A stretch of 63,033 nt of DNA, counting the filler, from Jimgerdemannia flammicorona (lineage: Eukaryota): assembly GCA_003990765.1 (NCBI GenBank). It is 2 parts of 2 records of this genome, joined end to end, with 100 filler letters (N's around TTAATTAATTAA, not from the genome) between each part and the next. Parts side by side here need not be neighbours in the genome. Positions count along the whole stretch, not along the records: positions 31,578 to 63,033 come from RBNJ01000395.1; 1 more part is not named here. One strand, written 5' to 3'. Below, one piece after another: positions 52,207 through 63,033 of the stretch (positions are counted from its first letter, which is position 1; each line of letters opens with the position of its first letter). The position numbers were made by a program, and so were the translations under genes. The notes beneath the pieces are model-generated. The model was given only the letters and a program-made list of their open reading frames with translations, was not told the origin of the DNA and made no database searches.

Positions 52207-52697
52207 TATGGGAAGTGAATTCGAGTGCGGATTGAAGTGGCCGAGTACCAGAGCCAGGATTAAATATTGGATTCCCGCTGAGGCGCAATGCCCCCGCATC
52301 TTCCTGGAGGTGCGGCATGACATCCCACAAGGTGATCTCGGAACTCGTGCCTCGGGTTGGTGGTTGCTATGGTAAAATGGGAACAATTTTCCTTGTGACG
52401 ACAGAGTTGATGCTATCTGGCAAAAAAAAAAGTTGACCCATATCCAATCAATCGCTCCTAACCCGAATGGGCAAAGTCGACGAATTTATTGATAGAAAGA
52501 GAAGAAAAAAAAAAGAGTTTAAGCAAATACATGGCATGCGAGGTTGCAAGGTATTGCACAATACGACATGGCAATGAATCGATCCTGCAAGCACAGCTAC
52601 AGAAAAATACGACATAAATGGGCGCATAAAACAGCTAAAAGTCAACCAACCACAGAATTTACATAATATCGCTAAATCTTAACGCCTTTTGTTCACA

Positions 52698-54548
52698 TCA
52701 CTTCTGATAGATCGCCATCACCCGGCTCATCTTGCCCGCGAACGCCACAGACTCCTGCATGGCCTGCGCGGCGTTTTGTACCACCGCCGATACATGCTCC
52801 GGGTCCTGGTTTGCGGCTGCGGCGCATGGTTTGGCCAAATCCTTGAGCCGCTTCCAGGCTAGATGCGAGATCGTCACTTCCGACTGGTGCGTCAGTCTAC
52901 CGCTGGAGGCCGTGTCTTGGTCAACGGAAGTAATGGTTACTTTAAAGAGTTCATTTCTGCGGAAGAGGGAAGAAAATGAGCCATATGGATGGGGTCGCAA
53001 ACTTCGTCGTTATATGAAGTGCCTATATAAAAAATGGTTGGTGGGCTTCGGGGCCCAAGCTATCAACAGCAGACTGAAAACACTTCCGTCTTACCGATAC
53101 TGTCTCTTCCTCTGATATTCAACGCACTCAAACAAGATTTCGCTCGAGTCAACGAACCGCATTCTCCTTCTGTCATCAACGCGCGCCAACTGCGCCTGCC
53201 GCGTCTGCACGTAGTCACGGATCAACCGGTCCCCACTCGCACCACCTCGTTCCACCGCTGGGTCCCGCGACGATAAGGATAAACGGTGATCCACCGAGTT
53301 TAAGTACGGCTCTACGAAGGATAGGATCGCTATGCGGCGGTATCGATCTCGGAGCTTTATGAGCTGCCAGCGGCCTGGGAGGGGGAGGGGGGGTAAAGAG
53401 GATTATGGACGGAGATATAAAAAGAGAAGGAAATTGTAGGAGAATACACGAAAGAGAGCTGACAACAGTTTTAGGGAATTAAACAGCGAAACATATCAAA
53501 ATAATAATAATGCAATACCTCTAATATCATCCCATTTAAGATAAGCAGTGGTACGACGATCGTGTAAATTGGAAGTATAATGAACGACTATAACATCTTC
53601 AATCTTTGAATTTTCAAAACCTGTATCGAAAACAACGGGGGGTCGTCAGTTTCACTTTCGCCAACCCTTTATCCGCCCCTAAATCAAATACTCACACCCC
53701 ACCTCACCTTCTAGAAACAACCAATCCGCCAACAACGACATATCCCCCATGGGCAGCCCGACCCTAAACCAAGACCGTATAGGCTTCCCCACAACCTGCT
53801 CGCACCACTCAGGCACGGTCATCCCTCCATACCCGCTTTCGGCCTCGACGTACGCGACGGGCACATCCGCAAACAGTTGGTGCCCGAGCCGGATCTCCAG
53901 CGATAGCTGCTGGTCTGGCACGGCGGCTGCGTCGCGGATCTCGCGTGCCACACTCTCAAGGCATGACGGCGCCGCCGTCGTCTCGCAGAAGGTGTGGTTC
54001 GCTGGATCGGACGGGATGCCGTCGGACGCAAAGTGGTGCGGGCCCCCGCCGGCGTTGTGGTAGTAGTAGGTAGTGGGAACGGGTGTCGGTTTTGAACAAA
54101 TGGCTTTGTATTGCACCGAGGGAGATTCGGCGGGCACGAGCGGACCGACGCCGTTGGTGGGAGGTGAGTAAGATGCGGCTAAAGGGTAAGGGATAAAGTG
54201 AATTGTTTCCTGTGGGCGTAAGGAATGAGAGTAATCTGGGGAATCGCGGAGCTCGCCCGGGTCGACGTCGCGGTTGAGGATGACATATACAAGGTTAGGG
54301 TTGAGGAGGCGGAGCTGGCGCTCACGGTCGACGGCCCGCTTGATGATGGATTTTGCCTGGTGGACAGAGGCGGGGTCGCCGCTCCGGATCACAAAGCGAC
54401 ACGCATTCTCTTCGTTATTGGTGTAAATCTGGACGCCGGTGCTTTTGCTGCGGAGAGGGAGGGTTGAGGGGGGGGTATTCGGGAAGCAAAGGAGGTTGGG
54501 AAGTTTGAGAGATGAATGTTGCATAGAATTTCGTGACAGGCGGCCGAA

Positions 54549-54596
<48 letters not shown>

Positions 54597-54715
54597 AAAA
54601 AAAAATACGCGAGAGCTTACGCAATACTCTGTATGCCGGAACCCTTCTTTCCGATAACGTATCCAGCAAATTGCTTTGGGAGGGCGATTGAATCTACGAA
54701 ATAAACGGGCTTCAT
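52698..54715 (-). CDS. KH-domain protein, multi-exon, with uncharacterised C-terminal domain
   Basis: MKPVYFVDSIALPKQFAGYVIGKKGSGIQSI (GxxG loop), intron 54620-54450, SKSTGVQI...VHQAKSII; last exon ends ...MAIYQK* at 52698. Confidence 0.75.
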
Positions 54716-56658
54716 GTTGTCGGAAAGAGGCGAGGAGAGATGGGACGACTCCAGCGACGAGCGAAGGGGCCACATAAAAAGGCACGATGGTCCCGTGATG
54801 ATCATAGTCGCAGAGGTTCGTCATCATGTTTCAGCCAGCCGCTCTCATCACTTGCTCACATTCCTATTCCCGCGATAAGGTGCCTTTCGATATATTCCAT
54901 TCCTTGTCCACATCGCCCCATCCCCCCGCGAGCAATTTGCAGCCTATTGTCTGCTCCCACTGCATGGTCGCACAGACCCTGCGAAAGCTAAACTGCACCC
55001 CGAGCTTCATTTGAATGATGGTTGTGTATTTTATTTGATAGAAATCATTGATCCCGGCCTCTGAGCGACTCGGATGCCCTCCTTGGTTGTTTGCTTCAAT
55101 CGTTGATTTATGGCTTCGTGGCGTTCCCTAGTTCATCTCATCTAGATGCTTCGGCAGAAGTTACCTGATTAATACGGGTGCGATGGCGTTACGAAACCCT
55201 GAGCCGCCGATTCTCCGCCAAAGCGAATTCAACCTGGTTGAATAAATTTTCCATGCGAGATAGTGAATAGCTTTTTGTTGAACCAAGCTTGTGTTGGTTT
55301 ATCCCTCCACATGACTTGTTAATTTACCTGGTGTCACCACGCTCCGACAATAGTTACACAAAACCTGGGTATAAAAATATCGTTTTATTGCGTGGTTTTA
55401 CGTAATCGAGTGCAAGCGATCTAGACATAAATCATTTGCCCTTTAGGTGTGGCGTCATTCCTGTTGGGAGTTCCAAGCGATTTCGCTCTACTATGGGTCC
55501 CAATACAAATAGACGTAAACAAAACTTTAATTATAATAAAACGGCACATATTTCAACCTCTTGTTTACACCTATTTGAATTGGGGCCCATAGTACACACA
55601 ACGCTAGATGGTTTTCGCCGTTGAATTTCGATTGTCCCACTCTCTGTCACAATGCAGAATGGGATTTTATCGAGGCCGGCGTTATATTATTCAAAGAGTC
55701 TTTGTATGACGGGAGCAGCGAATGGAGTGAGTCGAAGCCATCTTCCCATCACCGAAAATCGACCATATTAATCTCAAGGCCTTGCGCAGTGAAATGAATA
55801 CATTGGTTGCTTCATAGAAATACCTACTCTGCCTCGGCGTTTATGAGTAGTTCTATTTTCATATTCCGCTCGCTTAGGGAACCCACTGGATGGAGGTCAT
55901 TATAATACTAATTCGTCAATAACTAACTGCTAAAAGTATTATGGCACAATATTTATAGCCAAAAAGTCAACGATCGACCTTTTTTCAGAACCGGACCTCG
56001 CTTTGAGTAAACACTGCAAATGGTGAGAGCACCGCGATACATCTTAAACATCTCTGAATACTTCCTTGTTTTCATTCTTGTGTGTCAAACTCCGAGTGTG
56101 GCCGGATTGTACTGCAATTTGGGTAGCGTTTTATCTCGGGGTGAACGAAATTAAGGACCCCATGTGCATGATGTTTACACATGGCGAGTGAATCTATTTT
56201 CTTATTGTAATCCGAGCTCTGGACCCCATGTGATCAGATTCGAACATGGAAATATAGGTTTTTAGCTGGCCCGATTTATCAACCTTCGGAAACCTTCCGT
56301 TGACTATCCAACTCAGCAGTTCGGCACCTCCAAACCTTCTTGCTCTTTTCGGCAATCTCCGCCTGTCAGGGAGGGAAGACGGGTTGTGGCTTCTTCCCGT
56401 TTTCATCGCGTGGTCTAGGTTTCGGGGGTCACTGAAATCTCGGGTCCCGAGCCCCGAGTTATTTTAACGTATACATATATTATACACCCCTTTGAGAAAT
56501 CACGCGTTGTGTGACGGACATATTGTTTCAGGGGCCCTGGGTTCCGGGGAGCGAATTAATGTATTTGGTTGAACTGCACGTCTCGTATAAAAACCTCTCG
56601 TCAACAATCCATTGCCCACGCACGACCTCCCCCCCACGAACATTTTATACTGCACAAC

Positions 56659-57253
56659 ATGGCATACCCCGCGCAATCTCCAATGCAACAGAAGCTGGAC
56701 TACAATCTCGGCGAACCTAATCAGCTCCCGCAGCCATGGAAGCACGGCCTGTTTGATTGCTTCGGTGACTGTGGACTGTGTAAGTACCCTCCTTCTCTCC
56801 TCCAGAACCTTCCCACCCTCTTGCTAACCTGAATCCTTATTTGTTTGGCTCATTCCTCTCATCGGCGACAGGTTGCCAGACCTGGTGCTGTCCATGCGTC
56901 ACCTATGGCCAGACCAAGGAGAAGCTCCTCGGTGACGGCAGCTGTTTCTCCCAGGGCGCCATTTACTGCCTTGTCGGTTCCTTCACTGGCCTCTCATTCA
57001 TTCTCGGTTTCATGAACCGTGGTGAAATGCGTGCGCGCTTTGGCATAGCGGTATGCATCTTCCTTCGGTTGCTTCCTGTCAAAATCTCCTCATGCCCTTT
57101 TTTTAATGATTGTTTATTGTACATCCACAGGGTGACTCGTGCGGCGATGTTTTGACCCACTGCTGCTGCGGCTGTTGTGCTCTCATCCAAGAAAACCGCG
57201 AAGTCAACGCCAGGATGAATCAGAACCACGAAGTCAACGCCGGGATGCAATAA
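56659..57253 (+). CDS. PLAC8 / cornifelin-family Cys-rich protein, 3 exons
   Basis: WKHGLFDCFGDCGL / CCQTWCCPCVTYG...RGEMRARFGI / GDSCGDVLTHCCCGCCALIQENREV; GT-AG introns. Confidence 0.93.
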
Positions 57254-58391
57254 TGCCATGGAAACAATACATGTATATTTATATAGCTCACGTGTTCCCG
57301 TCTTGCACGGGAAATTATGTAATGTACACAAACGCTGTTGAATCAAAAATAAGGTTGTGTCAAAACTTGGTGCTCCTGGCTTTTGGAATGTTCGGCCGAC
57401 TACCCAACTTGGCCCTTTACACAAACATCAAATTATGAACCACCGTACTTCCTGAACTTTGCCTCCATTTTTCTGTGCAGGTTGCCTTGGTACCTACTTA
57501 TTTCCATCGTGCTGTACATCTGACATATGTAAAATATCACTAGAGAAACCGAACCGTTGCTGAGCTCCGCCGGACCCGCTCCAAGCCGTCAAACACATAT
57601 CCTTACACTCAACCATATACCGCGGATGCGGGTGCAGGTGCGGTGCGGGTACTGGTGCGGGTGCAGGCGCAATACGGGTGCTTAGGGTGCTTGTGGGCCT
57701 CCTCGTCCCCGGTTTTTGATTTCCTCAGGAAAGATCATGTCCCTCTCCTCAGAAATGACAGCGGCATCGATCTCTGTGAGCTCAAACATGTCCTCGGACG
57801 ATGACATCCTCGAGCGAGTTAGGCGCCAAGCAGGTTTTACGCTACGGAGTCTTGGGCGGCGAGGTCCGCGGAGTAGAATTCGGTTTCGGTGCGTTCAGGT
57901 GGTGCTAAGAGATGAAGTAGTTGTTAAAGGGGAGTCTTTCGTCGAGGTCTACTAAGGCGAGCCAGAGTAAAGTCAAGGACGTGACCGTCTAGAACAAACG
58001 ATATAGTGTAAAAAAAAAATGCCTATCTTTTTCTACCTCTGTATCGGTGGAAACACGCGTAACGGCAGGCATACCCGACAAGGTGGAAAAGGACAAAGAT
58101 GAGGAATATGCTTTCAGGATCCCCCCAACACCTCTTATTATCCTTTATTATATTCTTGTATAGAAAAAAAATTATCATAGTTAAGCTTTTTGATACCAGT
58201 TTTTATTCAAAAATCTAATAAAAAGTGATGAAATGATCTTGTGCCTAACGATATGATAGAAACCAATTCGCTTTGATCGCAACTGTAATAACAACCAACA
58301 ACCGCTTGAGTCAGCAATCAGTTATCAAACATTCGCAGTTTGAAGTGTACGATAATCTCAGGAACAAGTTTCACATAAGCAGAGCCTTCAC

Positions 58392-58429
<38 letters not shown>

Positions 58430-58763
58430 ACACCGTTCCAAGCTGCGCCAAGATCCCATGCTTCGATAGGTTCTCGAGCTTGCACGGCCGAAGTATCGTG
58501 GAACTTATATCTACTGTGGCGTCCGTTACCAAACAGAGATTTCAGTATTTGCATTCCAGGATGCACAGGTCTAGAACTTACCACCAAACGTATCTTCTTT
58601 TGTATGCAATTAACCTCATATAGTCAGCGCTGAGGTTCGAAAGTCGCACGATATCCGTATTTGTATATAAAATACTTTAGCAACGTGAGGGTATGGAAAT
58701 AGAAAGTCGCGTGCATATATTATAATGAAGACGTGATTCATGCTTAAGCCACTTTTCTATTCT

Positions 58764-59330
58764 TTGACGGAGGAGTTAGAGGATTACTCATTCCCGTTAC
58801 ACAAATTGCTCACTCTTGACGGAAGTCGAGGATTACTCGCTCCCGTTTACACCGTTAACAAGTAGCTCACTCTTGACGGAGGTCGAGGATTATTCCCGTT
58901 ACGCTACAGGTCGCCCACATTACACTATTAGCTCTCCCTTGAGGATTACCCCCTCCTGTTATCGCGGACTTCACGTTACACAAGTAGCTCTCAAAGACTC
59001 GAGGATTACCGTTGCTCATCATGTTTCACTTTTTTTTTTTTAACGGACCTCATCATGTTTCACCGTTACACAAGTACTTCACTCTCGAAAATTGAGTCAA
59101 AGTTACACAAATCCATTCCATCAACTTAAAGTTAAAATATGTTACATCTCCAAAGCGTTATAAACCCATCACGCTTTACCGTTACAAAAGTGGCTCACTC
59201 TCGAGGATTGCTTCTCATTAACATCACGCTCCACCGTTACACAAGTAGCTCACTCTCCCATTAACACCGTTACGCAAGTAACTCTCGGATTTCCCGTTAA
59301 CACTGAATCACCATTACACAAGTAGGCTCA
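58764..59330 (+). repeat. Degenerate minisatellite of GAGGATTAC and CCGTTACACAAGTAGCTCACTCT modules
   Basis: About 8 copies of the CCGTTAC...TAGCTC motif; three 50-60-bp units begin TTGACGGA. Confidence 0.75.
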
Positions 59331-60439
59331 GTCAAACTTCACCCCAGTATCTGCAGAGTCAAAGTTACACAAACTCTTCCCATACAACCTCCACTTCGGA
59401 GATCCCCAAACAACCAGTCTTCATTTCAACATCTCACAAAAATGCTCAACTTTTTCGCCTTCTTCACAACTTTCTCGCCTCCGCTGATATGCCGTGCCCT
59501 GCCGCATCTTCTTGCTGCGCCACGAAGATTAGACAGACCCAGTGAATCTCACCCCGTCCGTTTACGGCAAGAATTCGGAATCAACATGGACAACCTGACC
59601 TACATCCTCCACCTCGAAACTGGCACCCAAATGCTGATCCCATAGGCGTAGTGCTCCCGAACGGCGACACCTTCCTCCTCAAGCAGACTCCACTCCCACG
59701 AAGCACTCGTTCCCGCGTTATTGGACAACCCCCCTGGGGGAAGCTACGCGCTCTGCGATGTCGGTGGGTGAGAGGGAGTATCGTGTGGGCTTTTGGGTAT
59801 ACTTTGCACACAGTTATGGTGTTCTATGCGATTGCAATTTTTTTTGGACGGAAGTGCCGATGCCACCAGTTGTAGTTGATAACGTATTATTGGTGTATCC
59901 TATGATAACAACCGTGCTTATTTGGTTGGATTAGGCCGATATTAGATGCAGCCATAGAAAGATATAATACGAATACTTATTGTACGGGTTTCTTTACCTT
60001 TTTTGATCATTGGCCCATTTTAGGGAGGGTTTGACATCCAAATGGGGGTTTTTTTTTTTTTTTTGATAACTGTATCAAAGGAGAAGGTGCCAAAAAAAGC
60101 CATCATATCTGAGACAAACTCCTGAGCATATCCTGTGATAATTTCACGTGATACATATATGATCGTCGGTCAACTGAAATAAAGGGGCCTCGATATTTAC
60201 CTAGCATGACATTACGGCATACATGATAGGCATATAATTACGCGGGCGGCAGACGGCACACACGCTCCATCACATTCAAATACAAACCCACACAGAGTCT
60301 GGTTACAAGCACAATTTATCTCATTGCGTAAATACGATTGAGTGTGACAATGTGCACGCAGGTAAACGGTCTCGCATCATTTATTTTCCTTATGTCCGTT
60401 GGAGGGTCAGTATAATGAATGAGGCGAGTACTCTTTTTT

Positions 60440-61330
60440 TATACATTATCCTGCTATTAAATTTTATTTTATTTATTTATAATATATGCTTGGTTTTCAA
60501 GACTTGAATTACTGTGCAATTAGATGTAGTGGGTAGAGTAGTTTTTATAATAGTAAGTATATAAATTAATATAACTTATTGATTTAGTTTAACAATTATA
60601 TTAAACTACTTTAAATATCTTTTATACTAAGATTTTAAACTGTTATTTATTTTATTTAGTTACTAAGATATTTATATAAGATATAATACTATAATTACAG
60701 TAATTTTAATAATAATTAATATATTACTTAATACTCTCAATAAATTAAATCAAGTACTAATTTAATTAAATTAGATCTCATTGTAATACATATATTAATA
60801 AACTAATTAAAAAAAATTAATAATAATTAAAATTAGTAATTATAAATTGATATTAAAAAATAGTAATATATATAATTTAATTGAATTTAACTATAATATA
60901 TAAACTAAAATATTTTTTTATATAGTTTTATATTATTAATAAATTAAAGTTAGTTTTTAACTTAAAAAAGCTAAACTATAGAAAATAAATACTAATTTAG
61001 TTTACATTTATTAAATTAATTGAAACTATAATATAAAAACTTAAATATTATTTAGATAAAAATTTATTATAAAATTTAATTAATATTATTATTATTATAT
61101 CAATTATTATTATATCAATTATTATTATATCAATTATTATTATATCAATTATTAAAAAGTTATACATAAAATAATATATTTAAAATAAATAAATAGATAA
61201 TGTATTATATGATTAAATTAGTAGTTAGATTAAAAATATATAAATAAAGAATATAAAAGGCTAATTATATATATGTACATATATATTCGAGATAAAATTT
61301 ATTTTGTGTTTTTCTTTGTTTTATCCTTTT
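60440..61330. other. Extremely AT-rich island, probable fully eroded TE, with TCAATTATTATTATA x3-4 at ~61095-61155
   Basis: Abrupt compositional borders; short inverted match TACATTATC (60442) / GATAATGTA (61196). Confidence 0.5.
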
Positions 61331-62184
61331 TATTATAGTTCACCAGAAAAATTTCACCAACTTTGGCGCAACGTCTTGGTTAACCGAAGGTTTCTCGCAT
61401 TGGAGATTGTGTAGCAATCCACTCATGAACTTCGGCCTAGGGTGACCAACGGGTTATTCCACTTAAAACCTTGTCCCTGTGCAGTCGGCTCGGTTGACAC
61501 AATGTTTGGCCATCGACACCCCAGCAACTGGAAAACAAACGGGGCTTCACGTCGAGGTCATCTCTGAGTAGATTTGAGAAGAACACTACCTTCCTTTATT
61601 TGTTTGCACCGTCGAGAGTTTCCCGTTACACCATTCGCAATCGTGCAGCAAACTGCTTCTTCAGGCTGCAAGGCGGTGACAATCGGCACCCCATCTACAT
61701 CCATTCGGCTTCAAGCAAACCATCGATTATATTTGCTTATGTTGTTTTGCGGAGGTGTTGATGAGAACGTTGCAATTAGCGTGCTAATAAAGATGACGTT
61801 TTGGACACTCCCTGGCCTCTCAAAAATACCAAAATTCTTTACAGAGTGAGCGTCGTTCTGACCGGTGTGGAAACTGCAGTATCAGAAGGGGCCGGTACGA
61901 CGACGTTCCGACCGAAGGACTGCACGACAGGACCGGCACAAGGCATTCCGACCGATACGATGATGGCGGTGTGGCGGCGTTCCGGCCGATGCGGTCACGA
62001 CAATGCGAGGAACGACAGACACGCAGGGGTTCGGCGCCAGCAGTGCCAGGAAGGTAATGTTCTACCTGCTACCGCGAAGAGATGGACTAGGACAGATACC
62101 GTCGAGAGGGTTGTGATGGTAAGTTGGGGACTGGGACGGCGGCAGGTTGGTTGGTGGTTGGATTCAAAACGACGATGCCGTGGT

Positions 62185-62249
<65 letters not shown>

Positions 62250-63033
62250 GTTGTAGCCACCATTATTTATATAGTATGGGGGATCGTTTTGACTCAAGTG
62301 CCACAGGTCTTAACAAGTCGATGATTCACCTAGGACATTGTAAGCAGGCAAATCCTTAAGAGTCATGAAAGTTAGAACCTTGGTCTCGTTAACAGGTTGT
62401 ATATACCTGTAGATAGTAGATCTCATAGGAATATAGGATATCATACGACACATGGACGAGTACGCTAAATTGGGTTAGCGTATATGGAGATCTTCCGTCG
62501 AATGTTGTCTTCATTTAATAATGAAATGACGGTTCCATGTATCTTATTATAAATAACAATTTGATTCAAATTTATAGAATAGTGAATATTCTGAAAAACA
62601 AGTGTTTTTACAATGTAGACATTACAGATATGAATGTGACAGAAAAGCCTCGTTGATAAATGGTTTAATATATTATCTATAAATCTGAGACTTGGAATCG
62701 CTATACGCGAAGAAACCGCTGAACAAAAGTAAATTTATTCTAGCTACTGAATATGTTTCATTACCACCTCGGGTGCGCTTTTCTTTTGGACGTCTGGGCA
62801 AATATTGATGTGCATTTTTTTTTCTTTATTCTTTATTTCTTATTGTTATTATTATTTGGGAGTACGCTTCTCTCTTCATTACTATCCCTGCATGTTTAAA
62901 AGCAGTTTATGATTCCGGCTTTTGCCCTATTATCCCCTTTGTCATGCTAGAACCACCCCTCCCCCCCCCAAAAAAAAAAAAAAGAAATGCGTGTGAGCAG
63001 GCCAACGATACCGGAATGAATAGCTCATGTAGC

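Noticed and set aside
53679..54827. 382-aa ORF as a single-exon gene
   Set aside because: It reads through an intron; the KH exon is in another frame.
57590..57955. GC-rich Pro/Ala-coding-like segment
   Set aside because: No continuous frame or recognisable family.
59586..59875. Small coding-like segment
   Set aside because: Broken frames and no identifiable homology.

Overview
Eukaryotic, intron-containing fungal DNA. The gene set (Crinkler-type NTPase-nuclease, PD-(D/E)XK-like genes, dUTPase-bearing Ty3/Gypsy) suggests Mucoromycota; this is an inference. Bases 1-31477 are a nest of LTR retrotransposons. Element A (805-7179, minus) has gag-dUTPase-protease, 1.5-kb LTRs and no RT/RNase H/integrase, and sits in the gag of element B (164-13252, plus). 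B itself interrupts an older LTR. Element C (17423-26114, plus) and two poly(A) retroposons sit inside a heavily C-to-T-eroded element E (13942-~31390, minus). An artificial 100-bp N/TTAATTAATTAA linker lies at 31478-31577, followed by decayed Copia/Gypsy relics to ~35800. The rest is CpG-normal and genic: a Crinkler-like Ubl-NTPase-REase gene, a TMEM33/Pom33 gene, a putative nuclease gene, a UDP-glycosyltransferase pseudogene, a KH-domain gene and a PLAC8 gene, separated by AT-rich TE relics. The most striking feature is at 47768-48050: an array of hairpins that all carry the same 14-nt loop (GCGGCCCTGCGGCG) on different, individually complementary stems, next to the 5' end of the putative nuclease gene. 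Other notable items are a tRNA-like Pol III cassette inside both LTRs of A, a CCC-TGA +1 shift site before integrase, a Zn-finger module travelling with dUTPase, accessory ORFs at or in LTRs, and a CXC domain in frame behind one stop codon. All calls are by eye; no searches were run.
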